DNA from: an uncultured Actinomycetes bacterium
GTDB lineage: Bacteria > Actinomycetota > Thermoleophilia > Solirubrobacterales > 70-9
Length of the DNA stretch: 64,000 nucleotides
Direction: 5' to 3'
Assembly (NCBI GenBank): GCA_963781345.1
Contig: CAWAFQ010000015.1
Coordinates: 1,064 to 65,063 of the forward strand
The number at the start of each line of letters is the position of its first letter. Within the stretch, counting starts at the first letter, position 1. The position numbers and the translations under genes were made by a program. This document shows positions 10,504 through 19,456 of this stretch, in pieces. The notes below the pieces were generated by a model. The model saw only the letters and a program-made list of their open reading frames with translations, was not told the origin of the DNA and ran no database searches.

Positions 10504-10911
10504 ATGAAGAAGGCTCTGCTCGTCGTATCGGTGGTGGGGGCCACCGTCGTGGCGTCCGGCCCTGCTTCGACCGGCATCGCCCGCGTCGCCGGCTTCAGCA
10601 CCACCGTCAAGATCACCCGAGCGCGACCGGCAGGGAATGATCTTGCGGACTACAAGGGATACGTGGGATCGCCGCAATCCGGCTGCAAGCATCGGCGAAA
10701 GGTGCATCTCTACCACGACTCCAAGCCGCGCTTTCTGATCGGCACCGACATCACCGACAGCGCTGGAAGGTGGGAGATCGAGGACGCGCCGGCTCCACCG
10801 GTCGGAGAGTTCATCTACGCCGTGGTCGCGGGCCGGGACATCGTCGTTCACGGACATCACCGCCATTGCGACTCCGATCGCAGCCCCAGGGTGGAATACC
10901 CCGACGACTGA
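10504..10911 (+). CDS. Hypothetical secreted protein
   Basis: Signal-peptide-like N-terminus MKKALLVVSVVGATVVASG, with a GGGGAGGG RBS upstream. I recognise no family. Confidence 0.55.
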   Translation: MKKALLVVSVVGATVVASGPASTGIARVAGFSTTVKITRARPAGNDLADYKGYVGSPQSGCKHRRKVHLYHDSKPRFLIGTDITDSAGRWEIEDAPAPPVGEFIYAVVAGRDIVVHGHHRHCDSDRSPRVEYPDD

Positions 10912-10939
10912 ACGGCGCCCATGCCCATCGGGGCGATCG

Positions 10940-12154
10940 TTACTTGGTGTTGTCCTTGACCAGTTGCTTGAGGTCGTCGACGACCTTGGTGACGGTGTCA
11001 CCGGCCACCTTGCGGATCTGGACCCCCGCGGCCTTGTCGGTGGTGAGGATCACGGCGGCGGCGACAGCGGCGGCGATCAGAATCAGGGCGATCAGCGCCA
11101 GGACCCCGCGCATGAAGCGACCGAAGGCCGAGCGCTTGCGGCCGTTCGTCTGCTCGATCACCGGCTGAGGTGTGCGCGGTGCCCGCCGCAGCGGCGCTGC
11201 CGGGGGGGCGGGCCGGTACTCGGTTGCGGCGGTGCGGTCGAGGGGACGGGTCGTGGTCTCGGCGCCGAGGTGACGGGTCGGCGTGTCGTCGTCGGCAAGC
11301 GCCAGGGTCACATCCTCACCGGCCCGGCCGCGCTCGAGCCCGGCCGCGAACTCTTCGGCGCTGCTGTAGCGGCGCTGCATGTCTCCCTCGAGAGCGCGCA
11401 GAACGGCGGCGCCGATCGTCTCTGGGACCTCGTCGTTATAGGTGCTCGGGGGCAGCGGCCGCTCATTCTGCTGGCGTACCGCGAGCTCGGCCAGAGACGA
11501 GCCCTCATACGGAAGGCGGCCGGTGAGGAACTGGTAGAGGACGACACCGAGCGCGTAGACGTCTGAGGCCGGGGTCGCCTCCTCGCCGCGGACCTGCTCG
11601 GGCGCCAGATAGGCGGCGGTGCCGACGACGGAGCCGACCTGGGTGATCCGGGTCTGCTCGGCCGCGCGGGCGATCCCGAAGTCGGTCAGCTTGACCACCA
11701 TCTCGGGTCCGCCGCCGGCCTCACCGCCGTCGATCATCAGGTTTCCCGGCTTGACGTCGCGGTGGATGATGCCCCGCTTGTGCGCGTAGTCGAGCCCCGA
11801 GCAGGCCTGAATCCCGATCTCGACCGCCGTCTCAGGCTCGAAGGGCCCGTGGCGCTGCAGAAGCTGCGCTCCCGAGCGCCCCTCGACGTACTCCATGACG
11901 ATGTAGTGGCGACCGTCGTCGATGCCGGTGTCATAGACCTGGACGATGTTGGGGTGGATCAGCTTCGCCACCGCCAGTGCCTCGCGGCGGAAGCGGGCGA
12001 CGAAGCGCTCGTCGTCGGAGAGGTGCTCGGCGAGGATCTTGACCGCGACCGTCCGCTCGAGGATCAGGTCGGTCGCGCGGTAGACGTTCGACATCCCCCC
12101 GGATCCGAGCCGGTCGAGCAGCTCGTAGCGCCCGGAGAGCGTCCCCGCCTCCAT
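10940..12154 (-). CDS. Ser/Thr protein kinase with a C-terminal membrane anchor
   Basis: Contains GSGGMSNVY, VAVK, HRDVKPGN, DFG and APE. A TM segment (LALIALILIAAAVAAAVIL) lies near the C-terminus. Confidence 0.92.
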   Translation of the reverse strand: MEAGTLSGRYELLDRLGSGGMSNVYRATDLILERTVAVKILAEHLSDDERFVARFRREALAVAKLIHPNIVQVYDTGIDDGRHYIVMEYVEGRSGAQLLQRHGPFEPETAVEIGIQACSGLDYAHKRGIIHRDVKPGNLMIDGGEAGGGPEMVVKLTDFGIARAAEQTRITQVGSVVGTAAYLAPEQVRGEEATPASDVYALGVVLYQFLTGRLPYEGSSLAELAVRQQNERPLPPSTYNDEVPETIGAAVLRALEGDMQRRYSSAEEFAAGLERGRAGEDVTLALADDDTPTRHLGAETTTRPLDRTAATEYRPAPPAAPLRRAPRTPQPVIEQTNGRKRSAFGRFMRGVLALIALILIAAAVAAAVILTTDKAAGVQIRKVAGDTVTKVVDDLKQLVKDNTK

Positions 12155-12696
12155 CAGTTCCCGCCCTTCGCCTGGGCGCCGGGGCCGACGCCACCCGATC
12201 CGCCACCGGCGGGCGGGGTTGTCGGGGTGGTCGGGGTGGTTGGCGTCGTCGGGGTTGTCGGGGTGGTCGTGGTCGTCGTCGGCTCGGGCTGCGTATTGGT
12301 CGAAGTCGACTTGGTCGTGTCCTTGGTCGTCGTCGACTTGGTCGTCGTCTGGGTCGGTGTCACCAGCGTGTCGAGGGTCTGGACCGTCTGCTCGACGCAG
12401 TTGGCGGTCACGGACTGGAGTCTCTCGGCGCCGTTGAGCAGCGCCTCTCGCAGCCTCGGATCCACGCTGGTCTCGAGGTTGGCGACCTGCAGCCGCACCT
12501 CGTCTGCGGCGGCCGCCGCCTCGGTGCAGTTGCCGTCGGCATTGAGCTGCTCGACCCGGTCGAGATTGGTGACTATCTCAGATGCGGTGTTGCCCGGGAG
12601 CAGGCCGTTTTCGCTCGAGCCTCCGCAGGAAACTAGCGCGATCGCGGCAGCGGCGCCGAGGGCGAAGACGAGGATGTATGCGGATATTCGGGCCAC
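12154..12696 (-). CDS. Lipoprotein with a Thr-Thr-Pro repeat tail
   Basis: Lipobox LVSCGG. The C-terminal TTPTTPTTPTTPTTP is encoded by a 9-bp tandem repeat (12214-12276). Its stop overlaps the kinase start by 1 nt. Confidence 0.7.
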   Translation of the reverse strand: MARISAYILVFALGAAAAIALVSCGGSSENGLLPGNTASEIVTNLDRVEQLNADGNCTEAAAAADEVRLQVANLETSVDPRLREALLNGAERLQSVTANCVEQTVQTLDTLVTPTQTTTKSTTTKDTTKSTSTNTQPEPTTTTTTPTTPTTPTTPTTPTTPPAGGGSGGVGPGAQAKGGN

Positions 12697-12716
12697 GTAT
12701 CGAGTCTAGAGAGGAG

Positions 12717-13460
12717 TCATTGACCGGCGTAGAGGCGGTCGGCGAGGTGTCTGGGGAGGCCGCTCTCGAGTATCGGAGCCGCCGCCTTCTCGATTTCGTA
12801 AGCGACCCGGTGAAAGACCGCGGAGAGCCGATCGGTGTCGAGCTCGAGCCAGGCTGCCCGCGGGTCGCCGTCCCGTGGCTGCCCGACGCTTCCCGGGTTG
12901 ACGAGCCAGGTCTGCGCGGCGAGGTCGATCGAGGTTGCGTCGGGCGCCTGGGCACCGTGAGTGAGGGGTTCGTCCCCCTGCTCGCGGACGAAGTAGAGGG
13001 CGACGTGTGAGTGCCCGATGAGACAGATCCTCTGCGACTGAAGCTGCATGCACTCCGCCGCCTGGTCGACCGATAGCACGTATTCCCAGACCGGATCACG
13101 CGGCGAGGCGTGAAAGAGGCCGACCCCGGCGCGGGCGCCGGAGGGCGAGAGCGCCCGCAGCATCTCCATCGTCGTCTCGGCGGCGCTTTCCATCGTCCAG
13201 CGCACGGCCTCCGCCGCGGCGGCGGAGAAGGACGAGATGTCGAGCTCGCCGAGCGCCGCGAGGTCGTGGTTGCCCGCGAGGATGACCTCGCAACGCTCGC
13301 TGACCAGCCCTGCGCACTCGTCGGGCTGGGCGCCATAGCCGACGATGTCCCCCAGGCACCAGATCTCGTCGATCTCGGCATCGGAGCCATCGATCGCCGC
13401 GAGCACGGCCTCGAGGGCTGGGAGGTTCGAGTGGATGTCGCTGATCACGGCTGCGCGCAT
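12717..13460 (-). CDS. Metallophosphoesterase family protein
   Basis: Contains ISDIHSN, CLGDIVGYG, GNHD and GHSH, the calcineurin-like phosphoesterase motifs. Confidence 0.85.
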   Translation of the reverse strand: MRAAVISDIHSNLPALEAVLAAIDGSDAEIDEIWCLGDIVGYGAQPDECAGLVSERCEVILAGNHDLAALGELDISSFSAAAAEAVRWTMESAAETTMEMLRALSPSGARAGVGLFHASPRDPVWEYVLSVDQAAECMQLQSQRICLIGHSHVALYFVREQGDEPLTHGAQAPDATSIDLAAQTWLVNPGSVGQPRDGDPRAAWLELDTDRLSAVFHRVAYEIEKAAAPILESGLPRHLADRLYAGQ

Positions 13461-13543
13461 GGCTATTCACCCGGCTTGGCCGACCGCTTGCGGGCCTTGC
13501 CCGGCCCAATGCGGCCGGGGCCAGGGGGCCGACTATCGTAGAG

Positions 13544-14881
13544 ATGAGTGGCTCTGCGCACCAACCTGACCGGCCGGCGGGCGCTTTGCGTCGGGCGTTG
13601 ACCGACCGGCGGGCGCTTTGCGTCGCGCTCGCCGCACTCGCCGCGCTCGCCGTCGCGGAGCTCTGCCTGGTTCTGATCGGACCCCACGGCGGTGTCACCG
13701 ATCCCGCGAGCGTCTCGGCCGGCTCCTACTTCAGCGCCGCCGAACTGCGCAGGGCCGCCGACTTCAACGACCCGCAGCGCTGGCTCGGGCTGGCCGGGCT
13801 CGTGGTCGAGATCGGGACCCTGGCGATTCTCGCCCTCTGGCGCCCGCGGCCCTTTCGGCGGGCGCTATCGGCGGCCGGCCGCCGGCCGCTCCTGGGGGCG
13901 GGCGCGGTCGCCGCGGCAATTTCACTGACGCTGGTGCTGGCCGGCCTCCCACTCGCGGCGATCGCGCACGAGCGCGCCCGCGACTTCGGGCTCGCCACCC
14001 AGACCTTGGGTCCCTGGCTCGCAGACCAGGCGCGCTCGGCGGCGATCGGCGCGGTGCTCGCCGCGCTCGGCGGCAGCGCTGCGATCCTTCTGATCCGCAG
14101 GCTCGGCCGTCGCTTCTGGATCGGCGGCACCGTGCTCGTGATCGCATACGCGGTCATCTTCACCTGGCTGGCGCCGGTGATTCTCGCTCCTCTCTTCAAC
14201 AACTTCGAACGCCTGCCGGACGGCCCCACGCGCTCACAGGTTCTGCGGCTTGGACGTCAGGCGGGGGTCGACATCGGGCAGGTCTACCGGGTCGACGCAA
14301 GTCGCCGCTCGACCGCCGTCAACGCCTATGTCGACGGGCTCGGCTCGAGCAAGCGTGTCGTCCTTTACGACAACACGATCCGTGACCTGACCCCGGCCGA
14401 GCTGCGCTCGATAGTCGCCCACGAACTGGCCCACGTCAGCCGCGACGACGTCGTCCACGGAGTCCTCTTCGTTGCCCTGATCGCGCCCCTTGGCGTCCTC
14501 TTCGTCCAGCTCATGGCCTGGGCGCTGGCGCGCCGAAGCGACGACGACGTGCGCTCTCCGGGTGTGATCCCGGCGCTGGCGCTGGCGGTGACCCTCGCGA
14601 CTCTCGTGCTCGGCGTGCCGGGCAACCAGCTCTCACGCCGGGTCGAGGCTCGGGCCGACACCTTCGCCCTCGAGCTGACCGGCGACCCGGCCGCGTTCAT
14701 CGCCCTGCAGAAGCGGCTCGCGCTCTCCAACATCAGCGACCCCGATCCACCCGGAGTGCTGCATTTCCTCTTCGGGACCCATCCCTCGACGCTCGAGCGG
14801 ATCGGTGCCGCCGTCGCCTACGGGCGCGAGGCCTCCCGCCCCGGCGCTACTGCTCCTCGCCGTACTCCGGCAGGCTCTTGA
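13544..14881 (+). CDS. M48 family (Ste24/HtpX-like) membrane metallopeptidase
   Basis: Contains HELAHVSRDD (HExxH) and several TM segments. The start is uncertain: ATG 13544 or the in-frame TTG 13598, because a 32-bp duplication spans the 5' end. Confidence 0.8.
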   Translation: MSGSAHQPDRPAGALRRALTDRRALCVALAALAALAVAELCLVLIGPHGGVTDPASVSAGSYFSAAELRRAADFNDPQRWLGLAGLVVEIGTLAILALWRPRPFRRALSAAGRRPLLGAGAVAAAISLTLVLAGLPLAAIAHERARDFGLATQTLGPWLADQARSAAIGAVLAALGGSAAILLIRRLGRRFWIGGTVLVIAYAVIFTWLAPVILAPLFNNFERLPDGPTRSQVLRLGRQAGVDIGQVYRVDASRRSTAVNAYVDGLGSSKRVVLYDNTIRDLTPAELRSIVAHELAHVSRDDVVHGVLFVALIAPLGVLFVQLMAWALARRSDDDVRSPGVIPALALAVTLATLVLGVPGNQLSRRVEARADTFALELTGDPAAFIALQKRLALSNISDPDPPGVLHFLFGTHPSTLERIGAAVAYGREASRPGATAPRRTPAGS

Positions 14882-15143
14882 TCCCCTCTCGCGTGCTCCA
14901 TTTCGAGTAATTGTCCTCGAGCGCGTCGATCAGCTCGCGCATGAACCGTGGTGCGAGGGCGATCCGTGAGACGACCACTCCCGGCACCTCGTCATCCTCG
15001 ATCTCGTGGTCGACGCGGGCGAACGTGATCGTGAACTCGTAGTCGGAATGGCTCACGTTGGCGAAATTCGCATAGACGCCGGCCATCTGCTCGGGCGTGC
15101 TGTGGATGTTGATATGGCGCTCGCCGTGCTCTTCCTCAGACAT
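14847..15143 (-). CDS. DUF3467 domain-containing protein
   Basis: 98 aa. AGVYANFANVSHSDYEFTITFARVD is typical of the family. Confidence 0.7.
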   Translation of the reverse strand: MSEEEHGERHINIHSTPEQMAGVYANFANVSHSDYEFTITFARVDHEIEDDEVPGVVVSRIALAPRFMRELIDALEDNYSKWSTREGIKSLPEYGEEQ

Positions 15144-15226
15144 GTGTCTCCTCTCTCGCGAGCTCTCCGTCCGCCTAGTATCGCAGCGTCCCCCTTGACC
15201 GCCGGCGCCGCCCCCGATCGAGACCG

Positions 15227-15643
15227 ATGAAGACCACCCTGCTCACCGTCGGCCGGGCGAAGCCGCCGTTCGCCGAGGCCGACGCCCATTACCGCAAGCT
15301 CCTCTCCCGCCACCAGCCGGTCGAGATCGTCGAGGCTCGCGACGACTCCGACCTCCTGCGGAAGCTTCCGGACGGCGGCCGCCTGGTCGCGATCGACGCG
15401 CGGGGCAAGGGAATGGACTCGTTGCAGTGGAGCCGCTGGCTCAACCAGCGCCGGCTCGAGGCGCGCGACCTCTGCCTTCTCGTCGGAGGGCCGAGGGGGC
15501 TGCCGGAGGAGGCGGTGCGCGCCGCCGACGAGGTGATCGCCCTCGGGCCGCAGACGATGGCGCACCAGCTCGCTCGCGTCGTCGTCCTCGAGCAGCTCTT
15601 CCGCGCCGCGAAGATCCTCGCCGGTGAGCGCTACCACCACTGA
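15227..15643 (+). CDS. rlmH: 23S rRNA (pseudouridine1915-N3)-methyltransferase
   Basis: 138 aa, colinear with RlmH. Contains LLVGGPRGL and a C-terminal YHH. Confidence 0.85.
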   Translation: MKTTLLTVGRAKPPFAEADAHYRKLLSRHQPVEIVEARDDSDLLRKLPDGGRLVAIDARGKGMDSLQWSRWLNQRRLEARDLCLLVGGPRGLPEEAVRAADEVIALGPQTMAHQLARVVVLEQLFRAAKILAGERYHH

Positions 15644-15650
15644 CCGTACG

Positions 15651-17333
15651 ATGGAGCCGGTCAAGCCGATGCCCGCCGCCGACATGAGCACAGATCCCGT
15701 AGCCGAGCTGCGCCTCGCGGTCGAGCGCGCGGCCGATTCTCTGAGGGCGGGGGAGGGCCCGGGATCGGAGCCCTCGCTCGAGCGGCCGCCGAAGGAGGAT
15801 CTGGGCGACTACAGCTCGAACGCGGCGATGCTGCTGGCGGCGCCGCTGGGAGAGAAGCCGCGCGACGTCGCCGCGCGGCTTGCCGCAATGCTCGGCGAGG
15901 ACCTCGCCGGCAGCGTCGAGCGGATCGAGGTGGCCGGGCCCGGGTTCGTCAACATCTTTCTCGCCGATGCCTGGTTCACCGGCGCAATCGCTGCGCTGGA
16001 GGAGGCTGGGGAGGACCTTGAGGTCGGCTCTCCGACGCCGCCGCAGCGGGTCCTGGTCGAGTTCGTCTCGGCCAACCCCACCGGGCCTCTGACCGCGGCC
16101 AGCGGTCGCCATGCCGCCTACGGCGATGCGGTCGCCCGGCTTCTGGCCGCGACCGGGGACGACGTCGGCCGCGAGTACTACCTAAATGACCAGGGCGGGC
16201 AGATAGAGCGTTTCGCAGCCTCGATTGCGGCGGCGATGACGGGCGCCGAGCCTCCGGAAGACGGCTACCGGGGCGAGTACGTGGGCGAGCTCGCGGCCGA
16301 GCTTTCTGCCGAGGGAGTAGACCCGGCCGACCTCGACGCGGTCGAGCGCCTCGGAGTCGAGCGGATGGTCGCTGCGATCCGCGAGACCCTGCACCGCTAC
16401 GGGGTCGATTTCGACGCCTGGTCCTCGGAGCGCTTCTTCCACGAGTCCGGCAAGCTGACCGAGGCTCTCGACCGGCTCCGCGACACCGGCCACACCTACG
16501 AGTCAGAAGGTGCGATGTGGCTTCGCACCACCGATTTCGGCGACGACAAGGACCGCGTCCTGGTCCGCGCCGACGGTTCGCCCACCTATTTCGCCGGCGA
16601 TGTCGCCTACCACTGGGACAAGCTCGAGCGTGGGTACGAGAAGCTGATCAACGTCCTCGGCGCCGACCACCACGGCTACGTCGCCAGAATGCGGGCGGCG
16701 ATCGAGTGCCTCGGGCATCCGGGTGAGTCGTTCGAGGCGACGATCATGCAGCTCGTCCACATCGTCGACGGCGGCGAGCGCTCGCAGATGTCGAAGCGGC
16801 GGGGGGAGTTCGTCAGCCTCGATGAGCTGATCGCCGACATCGGCGTCGACGCGGCCCGGTTCTTCATGCTCCAGCGCAGCCACGAGACCACGGTCGACCT
16901 CGACCTCGAGCTCGCCCGGCGCGAGTCGAGCGAGAACCCGGTCTACTACGTGCAGTACGCGCACGCGCGCATCTCCAGCATCCTCCGCAAGGCGGCTGAG
17001 TCCGGCCACGTGGCCGGCGGCTCCGCGGCGGGGGCGGCGGGCGCGGTGACGCGAACGGTGGCGCTGGAGCCGGCCGAGCGGATCCTGCTGAAGCGCCTGC
17101 TCGAGTTCCCGGGAGAGGTGCGCGAGGCGGCCGCGCGCCGCGCGCCGCATCGGCTCTGCGCGTATTCGACCACGGTGGCCGCCAACTTCCACGCCTTCTA
17201 TCGCGATTGCCAGGTCGTCGGGGCCGATGGCGAGGGTGTCGAGGAGTCGCGGCTGCGGATCTGCCTGCTGACCAAGGTGACCATCGCCCGCACGCTCGGC
17301 CTGCTCGGGATCTCGGCGCCTGAGCGCATGTAG
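15651..17333 (+). CDS. argS: Arginine--tRNA ligase
   Basis: Contains SANPTGPL (a HIGH-like region), an MSKRRGEF (KMSK-like) motif and a C-terminal anticodon-binding domain. The start is ambiguous: GTG 15624, or ATG 15651, 15669 or 15684. Confidence 0.9.
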   Translation: MEPVKPMPAADMSTDPVAELRLAVERAADSLRAGEGPGSEPSLERPPKEDLGDYSSNAAMLLAAPLGEKPRDVAARLAAMLGEDLAGSVERIEVAGPGFVNIFLADAWFTGAIAALEEAGEDLEVGSPTPPQRVLVEFVSANPTGPLTAASGRHAAYGDAVARLLAATGDDVGREYYLNDQGGQIERFAASIAAAMTGAEPPEDGYRGEYVGELAAELSAEGVDPADLDAVERLGVERMVAAIRETLHRYGVDFDAWSSERFFHESGKLTEALDRLRDTGHTYESEGAMWLRTTDFGDDKDRVLVRADGSPTYFAGDVAYHWDKLERGYEKLINVLGADHHGYVARMRAAIECLGHPGESFEATIMQLVHIVDGGERSQMSKRRGEFVSLDELIADIGVDAARFFMLQRSHETTVDLDLELARRESSENPVYYVQYAHARISSILRKAAESGHVAGGSAAGAAGAVTRTVALEPAERILLKRLLEFPGEVREAAARRAPHRLCAYSTTVAANFHAFYRDCQVVGADGEGVEESRLRICLLTKVTIARTLGLLGISAPERM

Positions 17334-17427
17334 GGCGCCGGCCTCCTTCGTCGGCATCCTGCGCGCCAGGGTCCTTTCACCGCTCCGCGGGGAAAGGTCG
17401 AGCGGTCGCGGCGACGAAAAGGACCGG

Positions 17428-18219
17428 ATGGGCCCGATCAGCCGCCTGCGCTCCAACCGCGACCGTCGCCGCGCGGCCCGCCGAATCGCCGGTGCCGAGC
17501 AACTCGCGAGCGAGGCCGGACTTCCGCTGCTGGCCGTGGCCCCCCGCGAGAACCTCGGCGGACCGGATCCGCACGGCGATGCCTGGCCGACGCTCAGCCG
17601 TGCTCAGCTTGAGACGGCCACAGACCTCCTCGAGAGCGTCGCCGCCCTGACCGCAGGCAGGCCCCCGCGCTCGCTCTTCGTCGCCGATGGGATCAGCTCG
17701 GAGGACGGCGTCGCTCCGGCGGTGGCCCTGGCGACCGTCTCAGCGCTCGAGGGCCGCCGCACCCTTCTCGTCGATTGCGACTTCAGCCGCCGCCCGGTGG
17801 CCGCCAGGCTCGCGCTCGAGCAGGCCCCCGGGATCGGTGACTTCCTCAACCGGGCGGCCGGGCCGCGGGAGCTGCTGCAGCAGATCGAGCTCGGTGGACC
17901 AGCGGCGCGGGACACCGGCGCTGCAGGCAGCCTCGTCTTCATTGCCGCTGGAGGTGGCAGCCCGTATCCGATGCCGGCGCCGACCTGGGATCGGTACCGC
18001 CACTTCATCGGCAAGGTGACGAAGGCGTATGAATTCGTCGTCGTCGCGGGGGAGTCGCTGCTGGCTCCGTCAGAGCCGAGCCAGCTGATGGCGCTGTTCG
18101 ACGCGACGATCCTCTGTGCGCGCCCAGGGGCCGTCACCCGCGGCCAGGCGCTGCAGGCCGGGGCGACCCTGCGCCGCTGGATGCCGCACACCGTCGGTCT
18201 TGTCGCCGCTTCCGACTGA
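17428..18219 (+). CDS. CpsD/ParA-like P-loop fold protein with a degenerate Walker A
   Basis: LLVDCDFSRRP and a FVVVAG Walker-B-like strand resemble BY-kinase/MinD-type ATPases. The position expected for GxxGxGK(S/T) reads DGISSEDGVAPAV. Confidence 0.5.
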   Translation: MGPISRLRSNRDRRRAARRIAGAEQLASEAGLPLLAVAPRENLGGPDPHGDAWPTLSRAQLETATDLLESVAALTAGRPPRSLFVADGISSEDGVAPAVALATVSALEGRRTLLVDCDFSRRPVAARLALEQAPGIGDFLNRAAGPRELLQQIELGGPAARDTGAAGSLVFIAAGGGSPYPMPAPTWDRYRHFIGKVTKAYEFVVVAGESLLAPSEPSQLMALFDATILCARPGAVTRGQALQAGATLRRWMPHTVGLVAASD

Positions 18220-18248
18220 AGGCCCCGTGCGGGTCGCCACGCCGGCCC

Positions 18249-18710
18249 TCAGAGGTCGTAGCGGGCGAGATCGGATTCGAGCCGCTCGGCGTCCTCGCCC
18301 TCGGGGGCCGCGGCCGGCTCTCCAACCGCGGCGGCTCCGCCGCTGCGACGCCAGCGCAGGACGCCGACAGCCAGCGCCGAGGCGCCGATCAGGAAGGCGG
18401 CGATCGGCACCCAGTAGGCGGAGAGGTTGAAGCCGGAGTCATCGGGCATCGCCAGCACCGTCTCTCCGTACTCGGCCACGAGCGCATCCTTGATCTGCTG
18501 CTTCGTCCGCCCCGCAGCGATCAGCCTGCGGACGAAGACCCGCTCGCGCTCGGCCTGGGGTGAGTTCGAAAGCTCGAGCAGAGTCCCGCAGATCGGGCAC
18601 ATCACCTCGTCCTCGATGTCGGGCAACGAGGCGCGCTCGGCGGCGCCGGCCACGGTGGCCATCGCCGGCAGGCAGGCGAGCAGCGCCAGCACCGCTGCCG
18701 CTCTCCTCAC
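18249..18710 (-). CDS. ccmH: Cytochrome c-type biogenesis protein CcmH/NrfF family
   Basis: Has a signal peptide, a CPICG (CxxC) motif, LS.S....A...R..I......G.....I...L...YGE.VL and a C-terminal TM segment. Confidence 0.8.
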   Translation of the reverse strand: MRRAAAVLALLACLPAMATVAGAAERASLPDIEDEVMCPICGTLLELSNSPQAERERVFVRRLIAAGRTKQQIKDALVAEYGETVLAMPDDSGFNLSAYWVPIAAFLIGASALAVGVLRWRRSGGAAAVGEPAAAPEGEDAERLESDLARYDL

Positions 18711-19237
18711 GACTCGCCCCCGGGCTGGGGCAGCAGAGGTGCGACGAAGTCACTCAGGTAGGTCTCGGTGACCGGGCCTCGCCGAAGCAGGCGCACGCGG
18801 CCCTGCGGGTCGATGAGGAAGTTCTCGGGAACCCCGGTGGTGCCGAAGTCCGACGCCGCACCACCGTCGCCGTCGCGGAGCTGCGGATAGGTGAGCCCGA
18901 ACTCGCGGACGAAGGCACGGCCGTCGCCGCTGAGGTCGCGGGTGTCGATTCCCAGGACCGTGAACCGTGCCCCGGCGTGGCGCTTCTGGAACTGCTCCAG
19001 GGCCGGCGCCTCCTGGCGACATGGGACGCACCACGAGGCCCAGAAGTTGACCAGCACCCACCTGCCGCGGTACTCGGCGAGCGATCCCTCGCCGCTGCCG
19101 TCGAGCAGCGGCAGCGCCGCCTCGGGGGCGGGAGAACCGAGCTCGACCCCGCCCGAGCTCTTCTTCAGGAGGCCGAAGCCGAGCAGGCCGACGAGGGCCA
19201 GGACGGCGATCACGACGATGAACGAGCGGGTGCCCAT
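18707..19237 (-). CDS. ccmG: Thiol:disulfide oxidoreductase, TlpA/ResA/CcmG family
   Basis: N-terminal TM segment and thioredoxin motif FWASWCVPC. Its stop overlaps the ccmH start. The start is taken at M16 of track ORF 18707..19282. Confidence 0.8.
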   Translation of the reverse strand: MGTRSFIVVIAVLALVGLLGFGLLKKSSGGVELGSPAPEAALPLLDGSGEGSLAEYRGRWVLVNFWASWCVPCRQEAPALEQFQKRHAGARFTVLGIDTRDLSGDGRAFVREFGLTYPQLRDGDGGAASDFGTTGVPENFLIDPQGRVRLLRRGPVTETYLSDFVAPLLPQPGGES

Positions 19238-19312
19238 GCCGCCAAGCGTAGATAGCCCCGCCCTCCGGCTGCACCCTGCCAATCCGCCCGCTCGCCCTAG
19301 AATCCCAGCGGC

Positions 19313-19385
19313 GCGGACGTAGCTCAGCTGGTAGAGCGCGAGCTTCCCAAGCTCGAGGTCGCGGGTTCGAGACCCGTCGTCCGCT
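19313..19385 (+). tRNA. tRNA-Gly (anticodon CCC)
   Basis: The cloverleaf was read by eye. Acceptor GCGGACG/CGTCCGC, anticodon stem CGAGC/GCTCG with loop TTCCCAA, and T arm GCGGG-TTCGAGA-CCCGT. No CCA is encoded. Confidence 0.9.
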
Positions 19386-19456
19386 CTGGGGAAGGTCCCC
19401 GTCAGAACGCGACGCCTCGCGGATCGGGGATTGCCTGATACCTCCGGAGGGCGCCG

